From Planctomycetota bacterium (GTDB taxonomy: Bacteria > Planctomycetota > GCA-002687715 > CAIWVZ01): a DNA stretch of 64,000 nt. Every line of letters starts with the position of its first letter. Position 1 is the stretch's first letter. Location of the stretch: contig JBGANV010000014.1 of NCBI GenBank assembly GCA_044222185.1, positions 9,361 through 73,360 on the forward strand. Direction: 5' to 3'. This document shows positions 30,301 to 40,300 of the stretch, piece after piece. Position numbers and translations under genes: made by a program. The notes beneath the pieces are model-generated. The model ran no database searches. It was not told the DNA's origin and saw nothing but the letters and a program-made list of their open reading frames with translations.

Positions 30301-32296
30301 CGCCCAGTTCACGCTGACCGTCAACGGCACGGGAATCACGCCGTTCTCGTTCGCCAGGTTCGACGGCGTTTCGCTTCCGTCGTCGAGCCCCGCGGCGGGC
30401 ACGGTGGAGGCGATCGTGCCGGCCCAGCTCGTGACCACCGGCGGTGTTCACACGATCACGCTCGTGAACGGACCCCCCGGCGGCGGGACGTCGAGCGGCA
30501 TGACCTTCACGGTGAACAACCCCGCACCGACGCTGGCGTCGGTCGCCGCGGCAGTTCCGCTGGGCACCAGCGGCACGGTCACCGTCGACGGATCGGGTTT
30601 CGTGGCCGGCGGCTCCATCGTTCGCTGGGGTACGACCGACCTCGCGACGACGTTCGTTTCGTCGACGCAGCTCACGGCCGCGTTGCCGGCAGCGGTGAAC
30701 GTCGTCGTCGGCCCCGTCGCCGTGCGCGTCGTCAACGGCGCACCGGGGGGCGGGGCGTCTGGCGCGATCAACGTGCAGAGCCCGTTCCCCACGCCATCGC
30801 TGACGTCGCTGTCTCCGTCGACGCTTCTGGTCGGCTCGTCGAGCGCGACCATCACGGTCTTCGGCACCGGCTTCTTCGCCGGAGCGTCCACGGGCAATGT
30901 GAACGGACTGCCCGTCGCCACGACCGTCTCGAGCCAGACGGCGATGGACATCACCATTCCGGCGGCGTCGCTCACGACGCCCGGGTCCCGCTCGATCGTC
31001 GTCACGACGACGGGACCCGGCGGGGGAGCCTCGAACACGCTGCAGCTCCTCGTGAACTACCCGCTTCCGACCGTCACCGGAATCTCACCGAGCTCGGCGC
31101 TCGTCGGTTCGGGCCCGGCCGTCGTCACGGTCACGGGCACCGGCTTCGTCGCGAACCAGTCCCTCGTGACGGTGGATGGGACTCCCATCACGACGACCGT
31201 GCAGTCGGCGACGCAGGCGCAGGCCACGTTGAGCTCCGCCGTGCTGAACACGGCTCACTCCGTGCAGCTGCGGATGCAGAACCCGCCGCCGGGCGGTGGA
31301 GCCTCGAATGCGATGGCCTTCACGATCCAAAACCCGACGCCCGTGATCACGGGGTTGTCGCAGACGTCGTTCGCGTTCGGCGCGGCGTCCGCGCCCCTGG
31401 CCATCACCTGCACGGGCCTCGTGCCCGGTGCGACGGCCACGTGGAACAACACGCCGATCGGCGTGTTCGAATCTTCACCGGGTGTGCTCACGGGGACGGT
31501 GCCGACGACGCTCCTCGCGATCCCAGGTCCGGTCTCCATCGTCGTCCAGAATCCGGCGCCGAACACGGGGCCGTCGGCGCCCGTGGCTGCAAGCGTGGAC
31601 GGGCCACGGCTGACGGCCATCTCGCCGTCGGTGATGCCGATCCTCCTGCCGGGATCCCTGCCACAGGTCGTGACGCTGACGGGTTCGAACTTCGCACCGA
31701 CGTCGCAGGCCTGGGCCGATGGCATCGCGTTGCCTGGGGCATTCAACAGCTCCACGTCGATGACCGTCCTCATCGGGCCGTCGATCCAGGGCGCGCTTCG
31801 GCCCGGCGCGCTGGCGATCGTCGTCCAGACGACGATCGGTCCCGTCAGGCTCCAATCGAACGCACGGGCGCTCGTCATGGGATCCGGCAACAACCAGGGC
31901 ACGTTCCAATACGTTCCCGTGGACGCCGGTCCCGGGACGCCGGTCACGTTCCGCTTCGAAGGCATGTTGCCCGGCGCGCCGATCACCGTGATCGCGGACC
32001 TCACCGCGCCGCTGCCGCTCGCACCGTTCCCGGATGCCTCGACCAACATGGTCCTGTCCGTCTACGCATCCATGCTTCCCGTCGTCGACGGGTTGGGGCT
32101 GTTCGGACCTCCGGCGCCGGTCACGACGACCTTCGATCCCGCGGCTACGGCACCCGGCGGGGTTTTCGAGATCCCAGGGCTCGTGATCCCCAACCCACCG
32201 CTTGGCGTCGACGCGGCGCTCCAGGCCGTCGTCCTCGATCCATCGAGTCCGATCGGATTGAGGCTCACCTGGGCGCGTTTCCCGCTGTCTCTCTGA
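27365..32296 (+). CDS. Giant secreted protein: trypsin-like (S1) domain with substituted triad, 3 WNVV-type repeat modules, 6 IPT/TIG domains and type I C-terminal domain
   Basis: AGGAG RBS; signal peptide ending AGA-Q; CTGFL, SAGSC, NWAVARL, DT..GSEGSP and GINTHGGC; repeated P.IT.LSP...G.GF...PPGGG.S modules. Confidence 0.88.
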   Translation: MIPRIAVICLVVSVFAGAQMADLSLHNVPVDLASGPRTNPTSFPTIVWTETLAFPGTTCVQVHLADLALQDEDDALVVTSLGDSDQQVLRLSNVKFWENHSAWFNGPGVTLELRLAPGSSGSVTVDSAWVSAPTIAQPDTICQTDDRTPFGSGVICRLVASAAQTGGGCTGFLVTNTSMILSAGSCVGTQFTVAEFNCPFSTTGGLIVHPAVAEQFPVDSSTILSANGAAGANWAVARLHPNSTGGTAAGAHGFLTVATSYPTLANVACSVRGYGADASPDPTRNFVLQSDTATLASVSGHVLHHTCDTNTGSEGSPILVNNEVVGINTHGGCNPTPISLSNAGTGVLESSLQVARTATSGCATVTPPDGNPVNAPCSNTILTIVPVASQWNVVGVNGPGDWDVAVSGVSSTRPGGSADFVFADGRAGTIPPASGNVFNSFSGSNAPVQFRSESNIINAGAAAQFNWNALDVFRAFAINVTSAGGHDVFIHGDPQLTYSLYTAAGTTAWRSRSALTPTAAGTAGDGGQVGVNLPVGVHLLVIARTGGVGTVPQTLYTVNVCPSVAAVTVPVNGVASSTAACNRLGVTPVSVQWNVVMLGSLSDWNLGVGAAQSNSLAASTECVVANGTLGAVTPNVGSAWRVGGSLGATFEHRTPAAIAVGSVATTTIPAGSIGRAFAFTITTPGQHGIMFPVAPSSFAWQLFDAGTSPAWRAKSAAVASGTVSATPATVTLTAGQYLLVAHAEPGPVAASTLMRVLVAPTVATLTLVQGTTNSANGAATPFIHTPQPNVWNVVAATSDATTGDDLTIGAVDSAGSGNGVAEMLVADGHAGVIDATPGIVTRTTGAASISIEHAVRTLLPFNSVLNDSMGTADVVRLYEFNAPVAASYQIVVSGAPSLRFRLYAPSGSSAWVPKLSSIANGLANGGTTLVSLAPGAHALVVHRDGATGTAASYSLTVTPAPSGQPAITGLSPATVTAGAAQFTLTVNGTGITPFSFARFDGVSLPSSSPAAGTVEAIVPAQLVTTGGVHTITLVNGPPGGGTSSGMTFTVNNPAPTLASVAAAVPLGTSGTVTVDGSGFVAGGSIVRWGTTDLATTFVSSTQLTAALPAAVNVVVGPVAVRVVNGAPGGGASGAINVQSPFPTPSLTSLSPSTLLVGSSSATITVFGTGFFAGASTGNVNGLPVATTVSSQTAMDITIPAASLTTPGSRSIVVTTTGPGGGASNTLQLLVNYPLPTVTGISPSSALVGSGPAVVTVTGTGFVANQSLVTVDGTPITTTVQSATQAQATLSSAVLNTAHSVQLRMQNPPPGGGASNAMAFTIQNPTPVITGLSQTSFAFGAASAPLAITCTGLVPGATATWNNTPIGVFESSPGVLTGTVPTTLLAIPGPVSIVVQNPAPNTGPSAPVAASVDGPRLTAISPSVMPILLPGSLPQVVTLTGSNFAPTSQAWADGIALPGAFNSSTSMTVLIGPSIQGALRPGALAIVVQTTIGPVRLQSNARALVMGSGNNQGTFQYVPVDAGPGTPVTFRFEGMLPGAPITVIADLTAPLPLAPFPDASTNMVLSVYASMLPVVDGLGLFGPPAPVTTTFDPAATAPGGVFEIPGLVIPNPPLGVDAALQAVVLDPSSPIGLRLTWARFPLSL

Positions 32297-32402
32297 TCGG
32301 CGCGCGCGTGGCTTGCCCGGGCTCTCCCGGGCGAGTCTGCGTTTTTCCCGTTAGGTCTCGGCGGGGCTCGCCTTCATAGGGGCTCCTCACCGGAGTTTCC
32401 TC

Positions 32403-35400
32403 ATGCGAGCCCGAACCGTCGCCCTCCTCCTGTCGTTCGTCGCTTCGTCCGTGGTCGGCCAGCAGGCGAGTCTGCCTCTTGCGAACCATCCCGTGCGCGC
32501 CAGTTCCGGTGTGCGACAGAACACGGGCAGCTCTGCCATCGAAACCGTGTGGACTGAGACCATCTCCGTCGCCTCGGCGACGTCCATCCAGCTTCAGTTT
32601 CAGGGCATCCAGCTCGGCGACGAGCGTGACGCGCTCGTCGTCACGAGTCGCTGGGACGGCCAGCAGCAGGCGCTGACGTCGAGCAACCTGAAGTTCTGGG
32701 CCAACCACTCGGCCTGGTTCAACGGCTCGGCCGTCACGGTCGAGTTGCGACTCGCGCCGGGATCGAGCGGGTACGCGCTCGTGGATTCGGCGTGGTTCAT
32801 GGGGTCGATCGCCATGGTCCCCGAATCGCTGTGCGCCGGTGACAATCGGGCGTTGTACACCGATGCGCGAATCTGCCGACTCATCGCGTCCGCCGGTCAG
32901 ACCGCCGGCGGTTGCACCGGGTTCCTCGGCGCTGCGTCGTCGACGATCTTCTCGGCGGGGAGCTGCGTCGGGTCACAGTTCACGATCGCCGAGTTCAGCT
33001 GCCCGGCGTCGACGGCGGGCGGTCTCATCGTTCATCCGCCCGTCTCCGAACAGTTCCCCGTCGACGCGTCGACGGTGCACTCGAACAACGGGGCCGCGGG
33101 AGCGAACTGGGCCGTGGCCCGGCTCCACCCGAACAGCACGGGACAGACGGCTGCCGGGCTTCATGGCGTCTTCACGTTGCTGCCGCTGGCGCAGCCCTAC
33201 CCGGCCAACGGAGCGGCGCTGACGGTCGCCGGCTTCGGGACGGATACGACGCCGGACGCCACGCGCAACTACGTCCTGCAGTCCGCCGCAGGGACCGTGC
33301 AGGCACCGATCACGTCGAACCTGATCACTCACGATGCGGACACGGCCACAGGAGGCGAGGGGTCGCCGATTCTCGTCGGCACGACGGTGGTCGGCGTGAA
33401 CACGCACGGCGGATGCACGGCGTTCCCAGGGCTCGGGAACAACGCGGGCACCGGCATCCAGGAGGGCGCGCTCCAGTCCGCGTTCAGCAGCATCAAGGGC
33501 TGCGCGACGACTTCGCTCGCAGCCAACACCCCGCAGGCGCTCACCTGTTCACCGACGGTGTTCTCGTTCGTCCCGAACGCATCGCAGTGGAACGTGGTCG
33601 GCGTCGGCGGCACGACGGACTGGGATGTCGAGATCGGAACCGCATCGTCGAGCCGCAACGGGACTCAGTCCGACTTCGTCTTCGTCGACGGCCGCGCTGG
33701 CGCGTTGGCGCCGATCTCGGGAGTCGCGACGGACATCGGCGCATTCGCGAACGGCACGATCCACTTCGCCAGCGAATCGGCGACCGTCGTCGACGACGCG
33801 CCAGCCAGCTTCACCTGGAGCTCGACTGCGGCGCTGCGCGTCTTCGCGGTGAACGTCACGAGTGCCGGCCTCCACGACGTCCTGGTCGCTGGCGACCCGA
33901 CGCTCCAGTATTCGCTCTACGCGCCCAACGGCACGACGGCTTGGCGTTCGCGCGGCACGGAGACGCCGCTCTCGGCGGGGAATCTGGGCGGCGCTCCGGT
34001 GGGCGTCACCATGGGGCTGGGCGTGCATCTGCTCGTCATCAGCCGCGCGGGCGGCCCTGGCACGCCATCGAACCCCACGTTCACGATCCATGTCTGCCAC
34101 CACGCGACGGTCTCGCCCGCCCTCAACGGAACGCCCGTGAACGTCAACGCCTGCGCCCAGGTCAGCCTGCCGTCGTCTGCGGGTTGGAACGTCGTGTCCG
34201 TGTCCACGCCTGCGACGGCAAACTGGAACGTCTGCTTCGACTCGGCGCAATCGCTTCGCACGGGGAGCGCGACGGACTTCGTCATCGCGCGGGGAGTGCC
34301 GTCTCTCGTGAGCGGCATGGTCTGGCGTCAATCCGGCTCGGCGTCGGGAGCGGTCGAGTATCAGAGCGACGTCGCGTTGACGCTCGGCGCACCGACGCCC
34401 GTGTCGTTTCCGGCTGGGAGTTCCGTCCGCGTCCTTTCGTTCCAGGCCGCGGTCGCCGGCAACTACGACATCTCGTTCCCCACGGGATCGGCGAGCCTGA
34501 AATGGAGGCTCTTCGATCACGGCACCATCGGTCAGTGGCGCTCCAGCGATGATGCAACGGCGAGCGGCACGCTGTCGGCGTTCCCGACGACGGTCTCTCT
34601 CGTGAGCGGCATCAACGCCCTCGTCATCTTCGGCGAGCCGGGACCGCTCGCGGTGGGAACGACGTGCACGGTTCGCGTTTGCGCGACGCCCGTGCCGGTG
34701 ACGCTCACGCAGGGTGTGGGAACTCCGCTCGCTCCCATCTGCGCCGACCTCACCCACACGCCCGAGGGCGGATTCTGGAACGCGATCGCCGTAGTCCCTG
34801 ACTCCGTGGGCGCCGCCGATCTCTACGTCGGCACCACGGCGGCGGTGCAGCCGGGCTTCGGGCAGTGCGAACTCGTGGTGGCGAACGGTCACGTCGGGAC
34901 GGTTCCCGCCGTGAACGCGCTGGCCGTCCGTACGTCCGTCCTGGGGACGATGGCGGCCGAACACGCCGCACGACTGACGCTCGCGTCGGCCACTCCGCTC
35001 GCCGACTCGTTCGCCGCGACGGATGTCGTCCGCATCTACGAGTTCCCGGTGACCGTGGCCGCGACCCACCAGATCACGGTGAGCGGCGCGCCGGCGCTGC
35101 GTTGGGCGGCCTTCGACTCCAACACGGGCGCCGGATGGGTGACGCGCGCGACGGCCGTCGCATCGGGGACTGGCGACGGCGTGTCGGTTGGCGCCACGTT
35201 CACGATCGGGACGGCGGCCATCGCCGTCTTCCGCGAGCCGAACGCCTCGACGCCCGTCACGTTCGCCGTCACCTGCGGTCCGCCCGCACAGCCCGCTCCA
35301 ACCGTCACGTCCATCTCGCCGACGTTGGTGCAGGTGGGCACGAACGGCATCACGGTGACCGCGAACGGATCGGGCATGACCCAGTTCAGCACGCTCTTCG

Positions 35401-37334
35401 TCGACGGGACGCCATTCCCGACGACGTTCATCTCCGCCGCGAGCGTTTCGGCGCCGTATGGTGCGGCGTTGCTGCAGGTCCCCGGGTTCCACACGGTGAC
35501 CGTCGTGAATCCGCCGCCGGGCGGCGGGACGTCGAGCCAACTGACGTTCGCCGTCAACGCGATCGCTCCGAGCCTCACTGCAGCCACGTGTGGGGCCGTG
35601 CTCGGAACCGCAGGCACGGTGACGGCGACGGGCGCGAACTTCGTTCCCGGGCTGACCATCCTTCGGTGGGCGGGAACGGACCTCGCGACGACGGTGATCT
35701 CACCGACGCAAATGACGGCCGTGCTTCCGGCCTCGGTGAACATCCTCGGCGGAACGGTGAGCGTGCGCGCGTTCACGCCTCCGCCCGGAGGCGGCCAGAG
35801 CGCGACGTTCCCCGTCCTCAACCCCGCGCCGGCACCGACGATCACCAGCGTGTCGCCCACGTCGCTCCTCGCAGGATCGCCGACCACGCAATTCACGATC
35901 ACGGGGACGGGGTTCTTCCAGGGCGCATCCGGACTGACCGTGACGGGAAGCGGACTGAGTCCCACGGTGGTGAACTCCACGCTCATCCAGGTGAACGTAC
36001 CGGCGAGCCTTCTCGCGCAGGCCGGCAACAAGACGGTGATCGTCACGAACGCGGCTCCTGGCGGCGGACAGTCGAACACGGTGGGGTTCACCGTGTTCAA
36101 CGCGCTGCCAACCATCGCGTCCGTGACGCCGAGTTCGGCCACGGTCGGAGACGCGCCGACGACGATCACCGTCGTGGGTACGGGGTTCGTCGCGCTGACG
36201 AGCCTGAAGATCGATGGCACGGGCATCAACCTCGGCGTCGTCTCGCCGACGCAGATGCACGGTCTGATTCCGGCGGGCTTCCTCGCCGCGCCGGGTGTGC
36301 ACTCGCTCACGGTGAACAATCCTCCTCCTGGCGGCGGGACGTCCGCGTCCGTTCCGTTCGTCGTGAATGCGCCCGCGCCCGCGATCACCTCCGCGACTCC
36401 CACGAGCTTCGCGTTCGGCGGCGCGCAGACGGCGATCACTCTCAACTGCACGAACCTGCTGGTCGGCGCCACCGCCACGTGGAATGGCACCCCGCTCTCG
36501 GGCTTCGTCACGAGCCCAGGCGTCTACACCGGCATCGTTCCGAGCACGCTGCTCGGTCAGCCTGGTCCGGCAACCGTCGTCATCGCGAACCCGGCGCCGG
36601 CGCTGGGTCCGTCGGCCCCCGTGACGGTCGTGGTGGAGAAGCCGCGGATCCAGTCGCTCTCCATTCCGGGAATCCCCATCCTCACGCCCGCGTCGCCACC
36701 GCAGGCCATCGGCATCACGGGCAGCTTCTTCGCGTCGACGACACGCGTCTTCGCCGACGGCACCCTGCTGCCGACCACTCCGATCTCGCCGACCCAGCTC
36801 ACGGCATCCGTTCCCGCGAGCGTCCTGGGAACGCAGCGTCCCGGTGCACTCGCGATCACCGTCCAGACGTTCGTCGGTGCCACGAAGGCTCAATCCAATT
36901 CCCACGCCCTGCTCGTTGGAGGCTTCAGCAATCAGGGGACGTTCCAACTCGTGCCGGTCGACGCCGGTCCGGGCGACTTCGCCACGTTCCGATTCGAAGG
37001 CACGGCGCCCGGCGTTCCGATCACCGTGCTCGCGGACCTCACGGGACCCGCGCCGCTGGCGCCGTTCCCCGACCCGGCGACGAACCAGGTGCTCGGGGTC
37101 TGGCAGTCGATCCTCCCGGTGATCGACGGCATCGGTCTCCTCGGTCCGCCACTCCCGGTCACCACGGTCTTCGATCCGGACGCGACGGCGCCGGGCGGTG
37201 TCTTCGAGATCCCGAACCTCCAGGTGCCGAACCCGCCACTCGGGATCAGTGCAGTGTTGCAGGCCGTCGTTCCCGATCCATCGACTCCCATCGGTCTGCG
37301 CCTCACGTGGGCGCGCTTTCCGCTCGCGCTTTGA
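32403..37334 (+). CDS. Tandem paralogue of 27365-32296 (trypsin-like domain, repeat modules, IPT/TIG domains, type I C-terminal domain)
   Basis: Collinear along its whole length (NHSAWFNG, SAGSC, NWAVARLHPN, GGEGSP, final LRLTWARFPL.L). Confidence 0.88.
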   Translation: MRARTVALLLSFVASSVVGQQASLPLANHPVRASSGVRQNTGSSAIETVWTETISVASATSIQLQFQGIQLGDERDALVVTSRWDGQQQALTSSNLKFWANHSAWFNGSAVTVELRLAPGSSGYALVDSAWFMGSIAMVPESLCAGDNRALYTDARICRLIASAGQTAGGCTGFLGAASSTIFSAGSCVGSQFTIAEFSCPASTAGGLIVHPPVSEQFPVDASTVHSNNGAAGANWAVARLHPNSTGQTAAGLHGVFTLLPLAQPYPANGAALTVAGFGTDTTPDATRNYVLQSAAGTVQAPITSNLITHDADTATGGEGSPILVGTTVVGVNTHGGCTAFPGLGNNAGTGIQEGALQSAFSSIKGCATTSLAANTPQALTCSPTVFSFVPNASQWNVVGVGGTTDWDVEIGTASSSRNGTQSDFVFVDGRAGALAPISGVATDIGAFANGTIHFASESATVVDDAPASFTWSSTAALRVFAVNVTSAGLHDVLVAGDPTLQYSLYAPNGTTAWRSRGTETPLSAGNLGGAPVGVTMGLGVHLLVISRAGGPGTPSNPTFTIHVCHHATVSPALNGTPVNVNACAQVSLPSSAGWNVVSVSTPATANWNVCFDSAQSLRTGSATDFVIARGVPSLVSGMVWRQSGSASGAVEYQSDVALTLGAPTPVSFPAGSSVRVLSFQAAVAGNYDISFPTGSASLKWRLFDHGTIGQWRSSDDATASGTLSAFPTTVSLVSGINALVIFGEPGPLAVGTTCTVRVCATPVPVTLTQGVGTPLAPICADLTHTPEGGFWNAIAVVPDSVGAADLYVGTTAAVQPGFGQCELVVANGHVGTVPAVNALAVRTSVLGTMAAEHAARLTLASATPLADSFAATDVVRIYEFPVTVAATHQITVSGAPALRWAAFDSNTGAGWVTRATAVASGTGDGVSVGATFTIGTAAIAVFREPNASTPVTFAVTCGPPAQPAPTVTSISPTLVQVGTNGITVTANGSGMTQFSTLFVDGTPFPTTFISAASVSAPYGAALLQVPGFHTVTVVNPPPGGGTSSQLTFAVNAIAPSLTAATCGAVLGTAGTVTATGANFVPGLTILRWAGTDLATTVISPTQMTAVLPASVNILGGTVSVRAFTPPPGGGQSATFPVLNPAPAPTITSVSPTSLLAGSPTTQFTITGTGFFQGASGLTVTGSGLSPTVVNSTLIQVNVPASLLAQAGNKTVIVTNAAPGGGQSNTVGFTVFNALPTIASVTPSSATVGDAPTTITVVGTGFVALTSLKIDGTGINLGVVSPTQMHGLIPAGFLAAPGVHSLTVNNPPPGGGTSASVPFVVNAPAPAITSATPTSFAFGGAQTAITLNCTNLLVGATATWNGTPLSGFVTSPGVYTGIVPSTLLGQPGPATVVIANPAPALGPSAPVTVVVEKPRIQSLSIPGIPILTPASPPQAIGITGSFFASTTRVFADGTLLPTTPISPTQLTASVPASVLGTQRPGALAITVQTFVGATKAQSNSHALLVGGFSNQGTFQLVPVDAGPGDFATFRFEGTAPGVPITVLADLTGPAPLAPFPDPATNQVLGVWQSILPVIDGIGLLGPPLPVTTVFDPDATAPGGVFEIPNLQVPNPPLGISAVLQAVVPDPSTPIGLRLTWARFPLAL

Positions 37335-37355
37335 CGGATGCGGGATGGCTCCGCC

Positions 37356-40300
37356 TCACCGCCGCGAATCGGGCGCAGCGTCGGTTCGCTCGGCGACGAG
37401 GCGGCCGCCGAACCGCCACATCGCGGACCTCGGCGACATGCGAAGCCGCGTCACGGTGTAGAAGTTCTCCGGGTTGTTGTTCACCGCTGCGCCGCCCTTC
37501 AGCGCTGCGGTGCCCAGGTCGTGGTTGACCACGTCGGGGATCACCCATTCGCTCAGCGATCCGGCCATGTCGAACGCACCGAACGGCGATTCGTCCACGG
37601 GGAAGCTCATGGAGCGTGAGTAGGTCGATCTCGCGAGCGCGTACCGCGAGCTCACCCACGACTGCGAGAGGAAGGACCCGAACGGGTAGAGCCGTCCGTC
37701 GGCACCGCGGGCAGCCTTCTCCCACTCGATCTCGCGCGGGATCCGGTAGCGCCACGGTCGGCCCGCCTTCGAGTCGACGTCCGTTCGCCACGCCGCGTAG
37801 GCCTCCAACGCCGCGAAGGTGAGGCCGCGCGCGGGAAGGACTGCCTCCGTGTCGGCGACCTGCCAGGGTTTCCCGGGGCCGGGGGGAGTGAGCTCCGCAT
37901 CGGGGGCATCGCCCGGCAGCGCGCTTCGCGGTGCGAAGGCACGCGCCGACTGAGGCCCGATCGCGTTGAGGAACTCCGCGTATTCAGCCCAGTTGATTTC
38001 GTGATCCTGGATCCAGAACTCCGGAAGCGTCGCGACGCGCGACTCGCAGGCGTCGAAGAACCGGACCTCCGTGGGAGTCCCGCCCACTCGGGCAGGCCCG
38101 GCCGGAACGTGGACGAACCCCTTGGGGCTGAAACCCGGGGGACGCAGCGTCACGTCGAGCTTGACCGTCGAGCCGCGTTCGACGCGAACGGGCAGGCGTT
38201 GCAGTTCGAACCCGTCGTGGCGGACGACGGCGAGGTACGAGCCCACTTCGAGCTCGCGGTGGAACCCTGAGCCCGAGCCGACACGTGTCTGCGGCGACGT
38301 GAGGACGGGTGCGACGGTCACGCGGAGTTCGCTCTCGCCGTCGAGTACGCGGTCGACGAGGATTCCGTCGCGAAGCAGGCGCGCCCGCTTGCCTGCGAGC
38401 GCCGGGAGCTCGGCCGTCGACGTGAGCGTCACGCCTTCGACCGCGACGAGCACGTCGCCGGGGAGAAGGTCCGCGGACGTCGTTCGGATGACCTGCAGGC
38501 ACGGCGCCCCGGGCTCCAGGTCGGACCAGCGGCCTTCCAACGGGACGGGAACGAGACGACGCGGCGCATCGGCGCTGACCGACGAAGCCTCGCGGTAACG
38601 CAAGAGGTGGATCTCCGCGTCGCTCGGCTGTGCGCGGATTTCGAGCACGCCACCGAGAAGCTCCGCCGTGAACCTCCCATCGCGGTCGGCGCGACGGAGC
38701 GCCTCGCGGATCGCATCGGCCGCGCGCGTGTCGCCGAGGCGTTCCGCCTCATGCAGCCGTTCGGCGTGCAGCCCGCACACGACGTCCGCGGCGCCCGGTA
38801 CGTCGGGCGCGCGCTTCAACGCTTCCGTGATCGTCTCCGGAATGCCGAACGTGAGCTCGTCGATCTCCTGGATCAGCCGCGGGATCTCGGCGTCGAGTCG
38901 CTGGAGGCGCTGCTCTTCTTTCGGGTCCAGATGGGAGAGCGTGGCGATCGTCTTCAACTTCGACAGCTCGGCCTCGACCTCGATGGTGTGACGTTGCAGC
39001 TTGCGGAAGCGGTCGAGTCGGGAAAGGGCGTCGGCGACCAACTCCGCGGCATCGCGCAGGGCGAGCGCACGCGTGGTCCGTTCGCGGAGGGCGAGAACTC
39101 GCGGGTCCGTACCGCGCAGTGCGAGCGCGCGACCGGCGCATGCCGCAGCCGTCTCCGGGTCCTCGCGGTCGAGCGCGGCGACGGCGCTCGCGATCTCGGC
39201 CTCGAATCGCCGCCCATCGGCGATCACCCGCCAGGCCTCGACGACCAGGTACGTCGCGAGCGTGAGGGAGAGAGCCGCTGCGACGGCCGCGGTGCGGGGA
39301 CGTCGGCGAATCGCCCGCGTCATGCGGACGCGGAGCGCGGGCGGCCGCGCCCGGATCGGGCGGAGGTCGATCAGCGCTTCGAGGTCGGCGACGAGTTCGG
39401 CGGCGCTCGCAAACCGCGCCTCGGGATCGCGCTCGAGGGACTTCGCCACGACGACCTCCACGTCGCGGGGGAGACTCGGAACGAGCTGGCGAAGGGGGAC
39501 CGGATCGGTGGTGAGGATCGCGTTCAGCACCTGCTCGGACGTTCCGCCGGGGAACGGCGGCCTGCCCGCGAGCATCTCGTAGAGCGTTGCGCCCAAGGAC
39601 CAGATGTCCGTGCGAGCGTCGAGCGCGCCCCGGGCTTCCACCTGTTCGGGGGACGCGTAGTGAGGAGTGCCGCGGAACACGCCCGTGAGGGTGAGCGTTT
39701 CTCCCAGGTCGCCGCGGGCGAGGCCGAAGTCGGTGAGTACCGCCCTGCCTTGCGGAGTGATGCGGATGTTCGACGGTTTGATGTCCCGGTGGATCACGCC
39801 CGCCGCGTGCGCGGCTGCGAGCCCGCGGGCGATGTCGAGCGCGATGCGAACGGCGTCCATGGGATTGGGACGCGATCCGATACCGTCGCGCAGCAACTCG
39901 TCGAGACCGCGGCCTGGAACGTACTCCATGGCGACGAAGACCGTGCCGTTCGCCTCGCCAGCCGAGATGGCCGTGACGACGTTGGGATGCTGTACGCGTC
40001 CGAGCGCCTCGGCTTCACGAAGGAGACGTTCGCGCGCTTCGCGTGTCGTCGCGAGCGTCGCGTGGAGGACCTTCACGGCGACACGACGCTTGAGCGACGG
40101 CTGCGCGGCGAGCCAGACCACACCCATGCCGCCCTCGCCCAGCGGCTCGATGAGGTGGAACTCTCCGAGACGGTCACCGCCATTGACCTGTGACGTGGCC
40201 GAAGCAACTCGCGGAGCCTCGTCCGGAGAGCCGGCGAGCACGCGCAGCTGGTGACGCTCCTCCTCCGTCAACTCCGGGTGGGCGGCGAGAAAGCCCTCGA

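Noticed and set aside
28888-32379. 1163-aa alternative-frame ORF (also 34865-37528, 42734-45283, 4464-6638, 23115-25028, 7578-9500 and others)
   Set aside because: These are Arg/Gly/Ala-rich shadow ORFs overlapping well-supported genes, expected from stop-codon scarcity at high GC; no motifs.
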